Assembly (NCBI GenBank): GCA_002899765.1
Contig: PPDH01000042.1
Location: 28,284-92,283 of the forward strand
Source: Sulfurimonas sp.
GTDB lineage: Bacteria; Campylobacterota; Campylobacteria; Campylobacterales; Sulfurimonadaceae
Reading direction: 5' to 3'
DNA length: 64,000 nt
The notes beneath the pieces were generated by a model. That model was not told where the DNA came from and did not search any database. It saw only the letters and a program-made list of their open reading frames with translations. The translations under genes were made by a program, and so were the position numbers. Of this stretch, positions 48,725 through 58,356 are shown one piece after another; the stretch's first letter is position 1, and each line of letters begins with the position of its first letter.

Positions 48725-49618
48725 ATGGATATCGTAACAGGTTCAACAACTGCGCTAATCACTCCGTTTAAAAATGGAAAACTTGATGAACAAACCTATG
48801 CGGATTTGATAAAAAGACAGATTAAAAACGGCATAAACGCAGTTTGTCCGGTCGGAACAACCGGAGAGAGCGCTACTCTTACCTATGAAGAGGACAGACG
48901 ATGTATAGAGATAGCGGTTGAAGTCTGCCGCGGTACAGATACTAAGGTGCTCGCAGGTGCAGGAAGCAACTCGACGGCAGAAGCGGTAGAAGCCGCAAAA
49001 ACAGCTCAAAAATGCGGGGTTGATGCTATATTTTCCGTTGCACCTTACTATGTAAAACCGTCTCAAGAAGGTCTCTATCAGCACTATAAAACTATAGCCC
49101 AAGCCGTTCCTGAACTTCCTTTTATGCTCTATAATGTTCCAGGGCGCACAGTTGTCGATATAAGTGCGGATACCGTGATAAGACTATTTGATGATGTTAA
49201 AAATATCTACGGCATAAAAGAAGCAACGGGAAGTATAGAGCGAAGCGTAGAGCTTCTCTCTCGCAGACCAGAACTTAAAGTATTTAGCGGCGATGACGCG
49301 ATTGACTACCCAATCCTTGCAAACGGAGGAGCAGGCATAACTTCCGTTACGGCAAACCTGCTTCCAGACCTCAAAAGTGAACTTGTAAAATTAGCTCTTA
49401 GCGGTGATTTAAAAGGCTCAAAAGCACTAAATGATATGCTTTTTCCTATCAATAAGGCGCTTTTTTTAGAGTCAAACCCTATCATGATAAAAGCTGCCAT
49501 GTATATAGCAGGACTTATTACTACATTGGAGTACAGACTCCCTCTTGTCGCCCCAAGTTTGCAAAATATGAAGATACTAGAAGAAGTTATGAAAAACTAT
49601 AAGATTAAGGGATTGTAA
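48725..49618 (+). CDS. dapA: 4-hydroxy-tetrahydrodipicolinate synthase
   Basis: 297 aa with GTTGES, YNVPGRT and IYGIKEATG (the Schiff-base Lys context). Confidence 0.9.
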   Translation: MDIVTGSTTALITPFKNGKLDEQTYADLIKRQIKNGINAVCPVGTTGESATLTYEEDRRCIEIAVEVCRGTDTKVLAGAGSNSTAEAVEAAKTAQKCGVDAIFSVAPYYVKPSQEGLYQHYKTIAQAVPELPFMLYNVPGRTVVDISADTVIRLFDDVKNIYGIKEATGSIERSVELLSRRPELKVFSGDDAIDYPILANGGAGITSVTANLLPDLKSELVKLALSGDLKGSKALNDMLFPINKALFLESNPIMIKAAMYIAGLITTLEYRLPLVAPSLQNMKILEEVMKNYKIKGL

Positions 49619-49619
49619 A

Positions 49620-50387
49620 ATGAAGGGAAAAACTTTATTTGTAAGCGGTGGAACTCGTGGAATAGGCAGAGCGATTGTTTATGCTTTTGCTGCAAAAGGG
49701 TGTGATGTTGCATTTACTTATGCGACAAAAGCAGATACCGCAAATGAGATTATCGCAGACATTGAGTCAAAATACGGCATAAAAGCGCGTGCTTATGCGC
49801 TTAATATACTTGAACCTGAAACGTACAAAGATGTATATGCAGAGTTTGACAAGGATTTTGAAAGACTTGACTTTTTTATATCAAATGCCATTATATCGGG
49901 TCGCGCAGTTGTCGGCGGATTTGGTCCTTTTATGAGACTTAAACCAAAAGGTTTAAACAATATATATATAGCAACCGTAGATGCTTTTGTCGTAGGTGCT
50001 CAAGAAGCGGCTAAGAGAATGGAGAAAACGGGCGGCGGAAGCATCATCAGCATGAGCTCAACAGGCAATCTTGTATACACTCCAAACTATGCAGGGCATG
50101 GAACAAATAAAGCTGCAGTTGAAGCAATGGTTCGCTACGCAGCAGCAGAACTCGGTGAGAAAAATATCAGAGTAAACGCAGTAAGCGGCGGGCCGATTGA
50201 TACGGACGCTCTTAAAGCTTTTCCAAACTATGAAGAGGTAAAAAATGAGGTTGTTCGCCGCTCTCCGCTATCTCGCATGGGAGAAACTGAAGATTTAACG
50301 GGTGCATGTCTCTTTCTTTGCGGAAGTGAATCTTCATGGCTGACAGGACAGACAATCGTTATTGACGGCGGAACTACTTTCCAATAA
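49620..50387 (+). CDS. fabL: SDR-family oxidoreductase, FabL-like enoyl-[ACP] reductase
   Basis: 255 aa with GGTRGIGRA, SSTG...Y...K, and NAVSGGPIDTDALKAFPN, which closely matches the B. subtilis FabL segment as I remember it. Confidence 0.55.
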   Translation: MKGKTLFVSGGTRGIGRAIVYAFAAKGCDVAFTYATKADTANEIIADIESKYGIKARAYALNILEPETYKDVYAEFDKDFERLDFFISNAIISGRAVVGGFGPFMRLKPKGLNNIYIATVDAFVVGAQEAAKRMEKTGGGSIISMSSTGNLVYTPNYAGHGTNKAAVEAMVRYAAAELGEKNIRVNAVSGGPIDTDALKAFPNYEEVKNEVVRRSPLSRMGETEDLTGACLFLCGSESSWLTGQTIVIDGGTTFQ

Positions 50388-50466
50388 CTACACATATTTT
50401 TTGAGATAAATATTTTTCAAATCTCTTTTGAGGAATATTTACTCATATGATGTTATCATCCAACCT

Positions 50467-51369
50467 ATGAAAAACATAGAAGAACTCATTGAATCATTAA
50501 ATCTTATCTATTATGAGTATGAAAAAAGCTCTAACTCTTTTATACTTGATAGAAACTATTCTAATGAGCATATCTTTGAAGAACTTATAAAAATAACCTA
50601 TCTTCTGAGCAAGCACAATATAAATTTTTTTGTCGATGAAAAAAAATCTCTCGTACTAAATGCCGATGACTCCTTTTTTTCAAAAATAAAAAGATACATC
50701 GGTTCATTTTTTCAAAACATCAGAAACAGCTCTTTAAACATCTATATTTTAAACGACAAAAAAGTCAAATGGGCTAAAAATATGCCGGTTATCAAGATAG
50801 AAACAATAAAAGTCGACTTTGATTTTTCAAAATATGACGCACTTATTTTTACATCTAAAAATGCAATCTACTCGCTAAACTCATACAATCAAGAGTGGAG
50901 GGCAAAACCTATTTACGCTATTGCTCCTCAAACTGCAAAAGTTGCCAGCAATCTGGGGGCAAAAATTAAATTTGTAGGCAAAGAAAAACATGGCGATGAA
51001 TTTGCAAAAGAGTTGGTTCCTCTTTTAAAAAATAAAAAAGTGCTCTATATAAGAGGCTCAAAAGTTGTCTCAAATCTTGTTGATACTCTTAATGCAAACG
51101 GAGCAGTTTGTGATGAAGCGATTGTCTATGAAACAGTTTGCGTCAGCTTCAAAAAAAAGATTAAGCTTCCAAAAAAATCTCTAATAATCTTCTCTTCACC
51201 CTCTACGATAGAGTGTTTTTTAAAAAATTTTCAGTGGGATGATAGTTATAAAGCAATCTCCATAGGACACACTACCAAAAATTATTTTCCGCCTTTTATA
51301 ACTCCTCATGTATCTGAAACTACCTCTTTAGACTCTTGCGTAAAAAAAGCCATTGAGTTAAGCAATTAA
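50467..51369 (+). CDS. hemD: Uroporphyrinogen-III synthase-like protein with an uncharacterised N-terminal extension of about 100 aa
   Basis: The C-terminal ~200 aa are HemD-like (DALIFTSKNAI, AIAPQTA, IIFSSPST). An alternative TTG start lies at 50428. Neither start has a clear ribosome-binding site. Confidence 0.55.
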   Translation: MKNIEELIESLNLIYYEYEKSSNSFILDRNYSNEHIFEELIKITYLLSKHNINFFVDEKKSLVLNADDSFFSKIKRYIGSFFQNIRNSSLNIYILNDKKVKWAKNMPVIKIETIKVDFDFSKYDALIFTSKNAIYSLNSYNQEWRAKPIYAIAPQTAKVASNLGAKIKFVGKEKHGDEFAKELVPLLKNKKVLYIRGSKVVSNLVDTLNANGAVCDEAIVYETVCVSFKKKIKLPKKSLIIFSSPSTIECFLKNFQWDDSYKAISIGHTTKNYFPPFITPHVSETTSLDSCVKKAIELSN

Positions 51370-51438
51370 AAAATTTAATATCTGATTGAATATTGAAGAG
51401 TATAATTGTATCAAATACATATTGAGGAGAAATTTAGT

Positions 51439-51972
51439 ATGAAATCTATAAAGACCGTAACAAAAATTATGTTAGGTACTCTTATGTTTGGCACTGCTGC
51501 AACGGCTGAGCCAAACCTTCCTCCACCGATTGGGGACATGGTTAAGATTGAGAAAATTGCAGGACCCGCAGGAGCGTTTGTAGCAAAAGAGAACTTTCCA
51601 AAAGATTACTTTTTGATACCAAAAAATCTTCCCTATTTGGTAGGAATGACGCTTTATGACTCTTCTAGTTCAAAGTTAGGGTTGTCTCAAAAACAGATAG
51701 ACGCTATTTTGAAAGTCAAAGAAGATTTAATGTCAAAAGCCGTAAAAAAAGCTCTTGTTATTAAAAAACTTGAACTTGATATGATGCAGCAAATATCTTT
51801 TAAGCATAAAAGCCAGAAGGTAACAGAACTTTATCCGAGAGTTGATGAGATAGCAAAATTAAGAGCTGAACTTACAAAAATTCATTTAGAGTGTATCGAG
51901 AAAGTAAAAGCCGTTTTAACACCTGAACAGTTTGAAGAGATGCTTGATTACGGCGTTGTAAATATGTTCTAA
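51439..51972 (+). CDS. Periplasmic Spy/CpxP-like (LTXXQ) protein
   Basis: It has a signal peptide (MKSIKTVTKIMLGTLMFGTAATA), a helical body and an LTPEQ motif. The ATG at 51439 has GAGGAG upstream (the ORF track starts earlier, at 51406). Confidence 0.5.
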   Translation: MKSIKTVTKIMLGTLMFGTAATAEPNLPPPIGDMVKIEKIAGPAGAFVAKENFPKDYFLIPKNLPYLVGMTLYDSSSSKLGLSQKQIDAILKVKEDLMSKAVKKALVIKKLELDMMQQISFKHKSQKVTELYPRVDEIAKLRAELTKIHLECIEKVKAVLTPEQFEEMLDYGVVNMF

Positions 51973-51973
51973 A

Positions 51974-51997
51974 GTACATCGCCTCTTGGCGATATAC
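51974..51997. terminator. Hairpin between convergent genes (Spy-like gene / hsp20)
   Basis: GTACATCGCC-TCTT-GGCGATATAC, a 9-bp stem with one mismatch. There is no clear U-tract. Confidence 0.35.
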
Positions 51998-52007
51998 TCA
52001 TGTTAGA

Positions 52008-52454
52008 TTACTTTATAGCAATCTTTTTAGAAGATTTCTGCTCAATTTGAAGTTTTGGGATTACGACCTCTAAAACGCCGTCTTCACATGCTGCTCTAAT
52101 ATTTTCAGTATCAACTTTTTCAGGAAGCGTAAAACTTCTTTCAAATTTACCGTAGCTGCTCTCTAGTCTGTAGTAGTCTTCTTCTTTAACTTCACTTTTC
52201 GCCTCTCTTTTACCTGAAATGGTAAGCATATTGTTCTCCACGCTGACATCAATATCCTCTTTTTTCACACCGGGCAAATCAACATCTATATGATAAGCGT
52301 CTTTGCCCTCTCTCGTGTTTACGGCAGGTTTAAAATCTACCAACGAGTCACTGCTTACATTTTCATCTAAAGAGCTTAGAAAATCATTGAAAAAATCAAC
52401 ACCTCTTTTTCTTCTATAAGATTCTACCGGATTTAAATATCTTGAAATTAACAT
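52008..52454 (-). CDS. Hsp20/alpha-crystallin small heat-shock protein
   Basis: 148 aa with an alpha-crystallin domain (YHIDVDLPGVKKEDIDVSVENNMLTISGKRE ... FERSFTLPE ... GVLEVVIPK). Confidence 0.9.
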   Translation of the reverse strand: MLISRYLNPVESYRRKRGVDFFNDFLSSLDENVSSDSLVDFKPAVNTREGKDAYHIDVDLPGVKKEDIDVSVENNMLTISGKREAKSEVKEEDYYRLESSYGKFERSFTLPEKVDTENIRAACEDGVLEVVIPKLQIEQKSSKKIAIK

Positions 52455-52539
52455 AACAAACTCCTTGTCTTTAAATTATTTTAACTCAAACACTCATTTA
52501 AGTTGAGAAAATAATATAGGAATTTTAAAAAAAGTTTTG

Positions 52540-53223
52540 CTACTTATGTAGCATTTTTGTTGATTTTTCAAGCAGTTTTTGAAGGTTTACGATTTTAATA
52601 TCTTTTCTTCTTGTATGAATAATTTTTTCTTGCTTTAGCTCTTTTATTGCCCGCTCAACTACATGTCGAACCGTTCCGAGAAGTTTTGATATTTCGCTGT
52701 TTGAGAGATTTTGAAGAAGTTTATATTTAAAAGTGCTCTGCGGATTTATATTTTCTAAAAGAAGATGCATAAGCCTCTCTTTGACATCATAAAGTGAGAT
52801 TTCACTTGCCAGAGTCTCTACGTGTCTCATCTTAGCGGCTAAATATGGAAAAAAAATCCTGTTAAAAGTAGTGTTGTTCTCTATCCAGTATCTTACTTTT
52901 TCGATTGGCAGCTGAAGTACCCGGCAATCTTCCAATACTTCATATGCAACTTCATGCGGCTTCTCATCCAAAAGCGATATGACGTCAAACATATCTCCTC
53001 TTTTGTATATAAAAATAGTCTGTTCTTTGGCATTTTCAAAGTTTATCTGATATGTTTTTACTCTGCCTTCTATTACTATATAAAAATGTTTCAACAGGTC
53101 ATCAACAGAGAAAGGAGATGAGCCTTTTGAACAGCTTAATGTTTTTGAGCAGCGGTAAAACTCCTCTTCAAACTCTTTGTCGGCATCATGAAGCAACTCT
53201 ATATCGTAAGATTTTGTACTCAC
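52540..53223 (-). CDS. Crp/Fnr-family transcriptional regulator
   Basis: 227 aa with a cNMP-binding-like beta-roll and a C-terminal HTH (LSNSEISKLLGTVRHVVERAIKELK). No N-terminal FNR Cys cluster is evident. Confidence 0.75.
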   Translation of the reverse strand: MSTKSYDIELLHDADKEFEEEFYRCSKTLSCSKGSSPFSVDDLLKHFYIVIEGRVKTYQINFENAKEQTIFIYKRGDMFDVISLLDEKPHEVAYEVLEDCRVLQLPIEKVRYWIENNTTFNRIFFPYLAAKMRHVETLASEISLYDVKERLMHLLLENINPQSTFKYKLLQNLSNSEISKLLGTVRHVVERAIKELKQEKIIHTRRKDIKIVNLQKLLEKSTKMLHK

Positions 53224-53306
53224 TTGTTCCTCCGTACATGTAGATTCCCTCTATTCTATCATTTTTGATATAATTTTAACAATTTTACGTCACAAAAGGA
53301 AAATTT

Positions 53307-53636
53307 TTGACAAGTTTTTTATTAGAATTTAGTATGTTTCCTACCTCAAGCGAGTGCAGAGACGGCTCTTCCGTATCTAAACATGTAATCAAAATTATAG
53401 ATGCCATTGATAAGTCGGGTGTGGCATACCAGTTAACGCCTATGGGTACGGTTATAGAGACTGAGACTATGAAAGAGGCACTCGCAATCATAGAGTTGGC
53501 GTATGAACAGCTTAAAGATTGCGAGAGAGTCTACTCATCTTTAAAATTTGACATTAGGCACAACCAAAAAAATAGATTAAAAACAAAGATTGCCTCTGTA
53601 GAGAAGGTTTTAAAGAGAAAGATAAATCAGGTATGA
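53307..53636 (+). CDS. MTH1187/YkoF-family (UPF0045) small protein
   Basis: 109 aa. FSMFP...SVSKHV...IDKSGVAYQLTPMGTVIE is typical of the family. Confidence 0.65.
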   Translation: MTSFLLEFSMFPTSSECRDGSSVSKHVIKIIDAIDKSGVAYQLTPMGTVIETETMKEALAIIELAYEQLKDCERVYSSLKFDIRHNQKNRLKTKIASVEKVLKRKINQV

Positions 53637-53667
53637 AAAAACAGGTTTTTAAAAAGGAAATAATTTA

Positions 53668-55068
53668 ATGTATATTTACGATTCTGTACAAAAAACAAAA
53701 AGAGAATTTATCCCGCAGGAGAGCGGTAAAGTTTCGCTTTATGTCTGTGGACCCACTGTTTATGACGATGCTCATCTGGGACATGCAAAAAGCGCTTTGG
53801 TTTTTGATTTGCTTTCGCGTGTGTTAAAGGCAAACGGTTATGAAGTGGTTTATGCCAGAAATATCACGGATATCGACGATAAAATTATCAAAAAAGCGCA
53901 GGAGAGCGGCAAAGAGATAAAAGAGATAACTGATTTTTATACAAATGCTTTTCATGAAGAGATGGGCAAGCTAGGAGTTATCAGACCGACTATCGAGCCA
54001 AAAGCAACAGAGTCTCTTGAGGCAATGTTTGCACTCATACAAAAACTTCTTGATAACAAACATGCATATAAAACAAGCCAAGGCGACATCTATTTTGACA
54101 CATCAAGCGATAGCCAATATCTCAAACTCTCACATAGAATTCAAGATGAAAATGAGAAAAAACAGCGCGTAGAGAGTTCTTTGGAGAAAAAAAACAGTGC
54201 AGATTTTGCTCTATGGAAAAGCGTAAAAGACGGCAGTATATCTTTTGAGTCTTCTTTTGGAAAAGGTCGTCCCGGCTGGCACTTAGAGTGTTCTGCCATG
54301 ATAGAAAAACACCTTGCAAAACCAAATCAAAAATTTGCGGTAGATATCCACGGAGGCGGGGCGGATCTGCTCTTCCCACACCATGAAAATGAAGCGGCAC
54401 AAACCAGATGCGCCACAAATCATGCGCTGGCTGCATACTGGATGCATAACGGTTTTGTAAATATTGAGGGCGAAAAGATGTCTAAGAGTATTGGTAACAG
54501 TTTTTTCCTCAAAGATGCGCTTAAAATCTATGACGGCGAAGTTTTACGCTTTTATCTTTTAAGTACGCACTACAGAAGCAACTTTAACTTTAACGAAGAG
54601 GATTTGCTAAGTTCTAAAAAAAGACTCGATAAAATCTACAGACTTAAAAAGCGTCTTTTTGGACTCTCTTTTGAAAATGTAAAAACTTCGTTTCAAAATG
54701 CGTTGCTCGAAACGCTCAGTGACGATCTCAATATTTCGGCTTCTTTGGCGCTAATTGATGAAATGATTTCCCATGCAAACGAAACGCTTGACACGGCAGG
54801 AAAGCATAAAGAACTTAAACATGACACGCTCTCAAATTTGGCGTATATCGAAGAGATTTTGGGATTTGGTGTTAAAAATCCATATAAATATTTTCAATTC
54901 GGCGTTGATGAAGAGACAAAAAGAAAAATTGACATGCTTATCAAACAAAGAGATGAAGCAAAAAAAGCAAAAGATTTTGCATCTTCAGACGCGCTGCGCA
55001 ACGATATTTTAGCTTATGGAGTCAACTTGATGGATACTCCTCAAGGAACATTTTGGGAAAAGATATAA
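53668..55068 (+). CDS. cysS: Cysteine--tRNA ligase
   Basis: 466 aa with a HIGH motif (HLGHA), KMSKS, and GRPGWHLECSAM. Confidence 0.95.
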   Translation: MYIYDSVQKTKREFIPQESGKVSLYVCGPTVYDDAHLGHAKSALVFDLLSRVLKANGYEVVYARNITDIDDKIIKKAQESGKEIKEITDFYTNAFHEEMGKLGVIRPTIEPKATESLEAMFALIQKLLDNKHAYKTSQGDIYFDTSSDSQYLKLSHRIQDENEKKQRVESSLEKKNSADFALWKSVKDGSISFESSFGKGRPGWHLECSAMIEKHLAKPNQKFAVDIHGGGADLLFPHHENEAAQTRCATNHALAAYWMHNGFVNIEGEKMSKSIGNSFFLKDALKIYDGEVLRFYLLSTHYRSNFNFNEEDLLSSKKRLDKIYRLKKRLFGLSFENVKTSFQNALLETLSDDLNISASLALIDEMISHANETLDTAGKHKELKHDTLSNLAYIEEILGFGVKNPYKYFQFGVDEETKRKIDMLIKQRDEAKKAKDFASSDALRNDILAYGVNLMDTPQGTFWEKI

Positions 55069-55135
55069 GAGTATCTCTAAAAACGCACTTTTAGACTGTC
55101 ACGACTTCTTTGAAGTATCGCAGTGACTAGGTTTC

Positions 55136-55161
55136 GTCATTGCGAGCAAAGCGCGGCAATC
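55136..55161. repeat. REP/MITE-like element GTCATTGCGAG-N-GCAATC, copy B
   Basis: GTCATTGCGAGCAAAGCGCGGCAATC lies 68 nt downstream of cysS. It is preceded by a second small hairpin (GTCAC...GTGAC, 55098-55127). Confidence 0.6.
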
Positions 55162-55225
55162 TAGTTTTTAGAGGTGTCCATGATTCTAGTTTGATATTAA
55201 AAATTTTAAAAAAATAAAGGTACAC

Positions 55226-56497
55226 ATGCAAGCCGATAAAAAGACCATCTACTCTTGGGCGCTTTACGACTGGGCGAACTCGGCTTACGCTACTACGGTC
55301 ATGGCGGGCTTTTTCCCGCTCTTTTTTAAATCCTACTACAGCGCGGACACACTGGCTACTACAAGTACCGCAAACCTTGGAATTGCGAGTTCCGTATCCA
55401 GCCTTGTTATAGTCCTTATAGCACCGCTTTTAGGAGCAGTCGCAGATGCAGGCTCGTTTAAAAAAAGGTTTCTTTTTATCTTTGCTTATCTCGGCATCTT
55501 GATGAGCGCAATGCTCTCGCTTGTCGGAGCGGGAGAGTGGCAGGCGGCACTTTTTATATATATTCTCGGCAATATCGGCTTTATGGGTTCAAATATATTT
55601 TATGACGGACTTTTAAAATCCGTCTCAACTAAAAAAAGTGTCGATTTTGTCTCAGGGTTAGGTTTTGCACTCGGATATCTCGGCGGCGGAGTACTCTTTA
55701 GTATCAATGTCTGGATGTTTGAGGATTTTGCTTTTTTTGGATTTGAGAATCAAGCCGCTGCCATAAAAGCAGCATTTGTAAGTGTCGCACTTTGGTGGGC
55801 GCTCTTTTCTATCCCTCTGTTGCTGTTTGTAAGAGAGGATAAAAGCACACATGTAACTACAACTACAAAGCTAAAAGAGGGATATTTAAGACTCAAAAAA
55901 ACTTTTGTTAAAATCAGACAGCTTAGGCATCTTTCCCTTTTTTTAGTCGCTTACTGGCTCTACATCGACGGCGTAGATACTATTATCAGAATGGCGGTTG
56001 ATTACGGTATGGCGCTTGGATTTGACTCCTCAAACCTTATTTTAGCTCTCTTGCTTGTTCAGTTTGTAGGATTTCCCGCGACACTTCTTTTTACTAAAAT
56101 ATCTGAGCTTACAGGAACAAAGGGTGCGATTTATCTTGCTATCTCTATCTACCTGTTTATAATTATGTGGGCGGCTGCAATGAATGAGGTTTGGGAGTTT
56201 TATATGCTTGCCGTCATGATTGCTCTCGTTCAAGGCGGTATTCAGGCACTTAGCCGTTCTTACTATTCAAGAATGATTCCGGATGGGTATTCGGCTGAAT
56301 TTTTCGGTTTTTATAACTTTATAGGAAAATTTGCGGCAATTTTTGGACCTCTTCTTATCGCTGTTGTAGCGCTTGCTACCCAAAACTCAAGAGTCTCCAT
56401 TGCTTCTATTTCCATTTTATTTATATTAGGTGCAGTTCTGCTCTATTTTGTTGATGAGAAAAAGGGAGAAAAAGAGCTCCATAATGCGCTTACTTAG
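55226..56497 (+). CDS. MFS transporter (UMF1/Atg22-like)
   Basis: 423 aa with 12 predicted TM segments. The N-terminal WALYDWANSAY is typical of the UMF1 family. Confidence 0.7.
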   Translation: MQADKKTIYSWALYDWANSAYATTVMAGFFPLFFKSYYSADTLATTSTANLGIASSVSSLVIVLIAPLLGAVADAGSFKKRFLFIFAYLGILMSAMLSLVGAGEWQAALFIYILGNIGFMGSNIFYDGLLKSVSTKKSVDFVSGLGFALGYLGGGVLFSINVWMFEDFAFFGFENQAAAIKAAFVSVALWWALFSIPLLLFVREDKSTHVTTTTKLKEGYLRLKKTFVKIRQLRHLSLFLVAYWLYIDGVDTIIRMAVDYGMALGFDSSNLILALLLVQFVGFPATLLFTKISELTGTKGAIYLAISIYLFIIMWAAAMNEVWEFYMLAVMIALVQGGIQALSRSYYSRMIPDGYSAEFFGFYNFIGKFAAIFGPLLIAVVALATQNSRVSIASISILFILGAVLLYFVDEKKGEKELHNALT

Positions 56498-57710
56498 AGG
56501 ACTCTAGCTCACTCTTTATAGCGTCTCTTACTTTTTTTATTATCTCTGCGTACTCCATAGACTGCGGCTCTATGGGTTTTAAAAATGTCACTTTTATCTT
56601 TCTGGGTCTTGGAAAAAGCATTCCCGCTCCAAGTGCCTCATAACTCCCCTCGATTACAACGGGAACGATAGGCGTGGCGAATGTTTTTGAGAGCATTGCA
56701 AAGTAGGGTCTAAACTCCAAAAGTTTTCTATCACGACTCCTCGCTCCTTCTGGGAAAATCACTAGATTATTTCCGCTTCTTATAGGAAGCGCGCAGTAAA
56801 TCATCGTCTCTTTGAGGTTTTCGTTTGCATCTATCAAAATAGTCTGCCCATGTTTTGCGATTGGACTTAAGAGTTTTGTACCAAAAACCTGTTTATATGC
56901 TAAAAAGAAAGTTTTTTTTAAAATTTTGTAAGTAAGGGCAGACTCTATCAAAAACCCGTCAAGCATACTTTGATGCGAAGGCGCTATGATACATGTATAT
57001 GAGGGGATATTCTCGACTCCTCTGACTTCAAGACGAAAATAGAGCCGAAAAAGCGGATAAAGAAGAGTCTTGTAAAGAGACATGATAAGCGCAGAGTATA
57101 TTAATTTCTTATCGATATTTTCCCTTAGCAGCTCTTCGTAATCAAATATAACAGGCTTTACATGTAGACTCTGTTCTTTAACATAGGCATAAAGCGAGTT
57201 AACACTCATCATATGTGAAAAGAGCGCCTCCTCCATTTTTACGCCAAAACTACGCTCTATGAATACAAAAAGCTTCACATAGTTAAGCGAATCTAGTTCA
57301 AGGTCAAGTTCAAGATGAGAAGAGGGCAGAATCTCTTTTTCGGTCATAGTTGCTATGTATGATTTTAAAACTCTATATACCTCGTCATTTGGCTCTATCT
57401 CATGTGCTGCTTGTTTCTCTTTTTTAATCAACTCTTGCGGTATATTGCTTCCAAGCGGAGCCGTTAAAATTTTAAAACCCTTTATTTTCTCGCTCTCTTT
57501 GGCTTTCATGTTGTAGAGTTCGACGGCGTACCATCGTATCTCCTCTTTGATATTGATGATTTTTGCCTCTTTTAGAGCCTCAAAATCGGGATAGATAAAT
57601 GCAAAGGGATGTTCTTTATGTATGATTACCGCTATCTCTTTTACAAAGTGCGAATATGAGAGAACTTTTTCTTCTATTTTTTTTAAATCCATTTTATCTC
57701 TTAGCTCCAA
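56490..57710 (-). CDS. Fusion protein: AMP-ligase C-terminal-like segment, carrier-protein (DSL) domain, PlsC-type lysophospholipid acyltransferase
   Basis: 406 aa with LELDLELDSLNYVKLF (a phosphopantetheine-attachment-like DSL), APSHQSMLDG (the HX4D acyltransferase motif) and IFPEGARS. Confidence 0.65.
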   Translation of the reverse strand: MELRDKMDLKKIEEKVLSYSHFVKEIAVIIHKEHPFAFIYPDFEALKEAKIINIKEEIRWYAVELYNMKAKESEKIKGFKILTAPLGSNIPQELIKKEKQAAHEIEPNDEVYRVLKSYIATMTEKEILPSSHLELDLELDSLNYVKLFVFIERSFGVKMEEALFSHMMSVNSLYAYVKEQSLHVKPVIFDYEELLRENIDKKLIYSALIMSLYKTLLYPLFRLYFRLEVRGVENIPSYTCIIAPSHQSMLDGFLIESALTYKILKKTFFLAYKQVFGTKLLSPIAKHGQTILIDANENLKETMIYCALPIRSGNNLVIFPEGARSRDRKLLEFRPYFAMLSKTFATPIVPVVIEGSYEALGAGMLFPRPRKIKVTFLKPIEPQSMEYAEIIKKVRDAIKSELESSK

Positions 57711-57804
57711 TATTGGCTTTATAATACCTAAGAGATAAAGAGAATGTCAAGCCCTCTTTAAGAGCCAAAAAGCTAAAATACGCAATAAATTCATAAGGCT
57801 TTTT

Positions 57805-58356
57805 TTGTTAAATCTACCTAATATTTTGGCATCTTCACGTATTATTTTGGCTCCGATTATGTTTTGGATTATCTTAAATCCAGACTACTTTACGGATGCG
57901 GGTTATCATGTCTCGTGGAACTACTATTTTGCCTCGCTTCTTTTTGTTCTAGCAAGCGTAACGGACTTTTTTGACGGTTACATCGCAAGAGAGTGGAACC
58001 AGATGACAATGCTTGGCGCAATCATCGACCCGCTCGCCGACAAGATGCTTATAATCGCCGCATTTTTGGGACTAATGATGATAGGAGAAGCAAGCGCTTG
58101 GGCTATCTACATTATCATCATCCGCGAGCTTTTTATCACTGGAATCCGCACCGTAGCGGTAAGTGAAGGGTTAAGCGTAAAAGCCTCATGGGCGGGAAAA
58201 GTAAAAACCGTTGTGCAGATGATTGCCATCGGATTTTTGCTTATGCACTGGCCCCTTGGTAGTGAACTTCTCTGGTTGGCGGTAGCGCTCACGCTCTACT
58301 CAGGTTTTGAGTATCTTTGGGCGTTTAGAATAGCACTTTTAGGAGTTAAAAAGTAA
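57805..58356 (+). CDS. pgsA: CDP-diacylglycerol--glycerol-3-phosphate 3-phosphatidyltransferase
   Basis: 183 aa with the CDP-alcohol phosphotransferase motif DFFDGYIAR...G..IDPLADK. It has a TTG start with a TAAGG ribosome-binding site. Confidence 0.85.
   Translation: MLNLPNILASSRIILAPIMFWIILNPDYFTDAGYHVSWNYYFASLLFVLASVTDFFDGYIAREWNQMTMLGAIIDPLADKMLIIAAFLGLMMIGEASAWAIYIIIIRELFITGIRTVAVSEGLSVKASWAGKVKTVVQMIAIGFLLMHWPLGSELLWLAVALTLYSGFEYLWAFRIALLGVKK

Noticed and set aside
52455-52539. Possible HspR (HAIR) or CIRCE operator upstream of hsp20
   Set aside because: Only a 5-bp CTCAA/TTGAG inverted repeat with a 14-bp spacer is present. It matches neither CTTGAGT-N7-ACTCAAG nor TTAGCACTC-N9-GAGTGCTAA in sequence or spacing.
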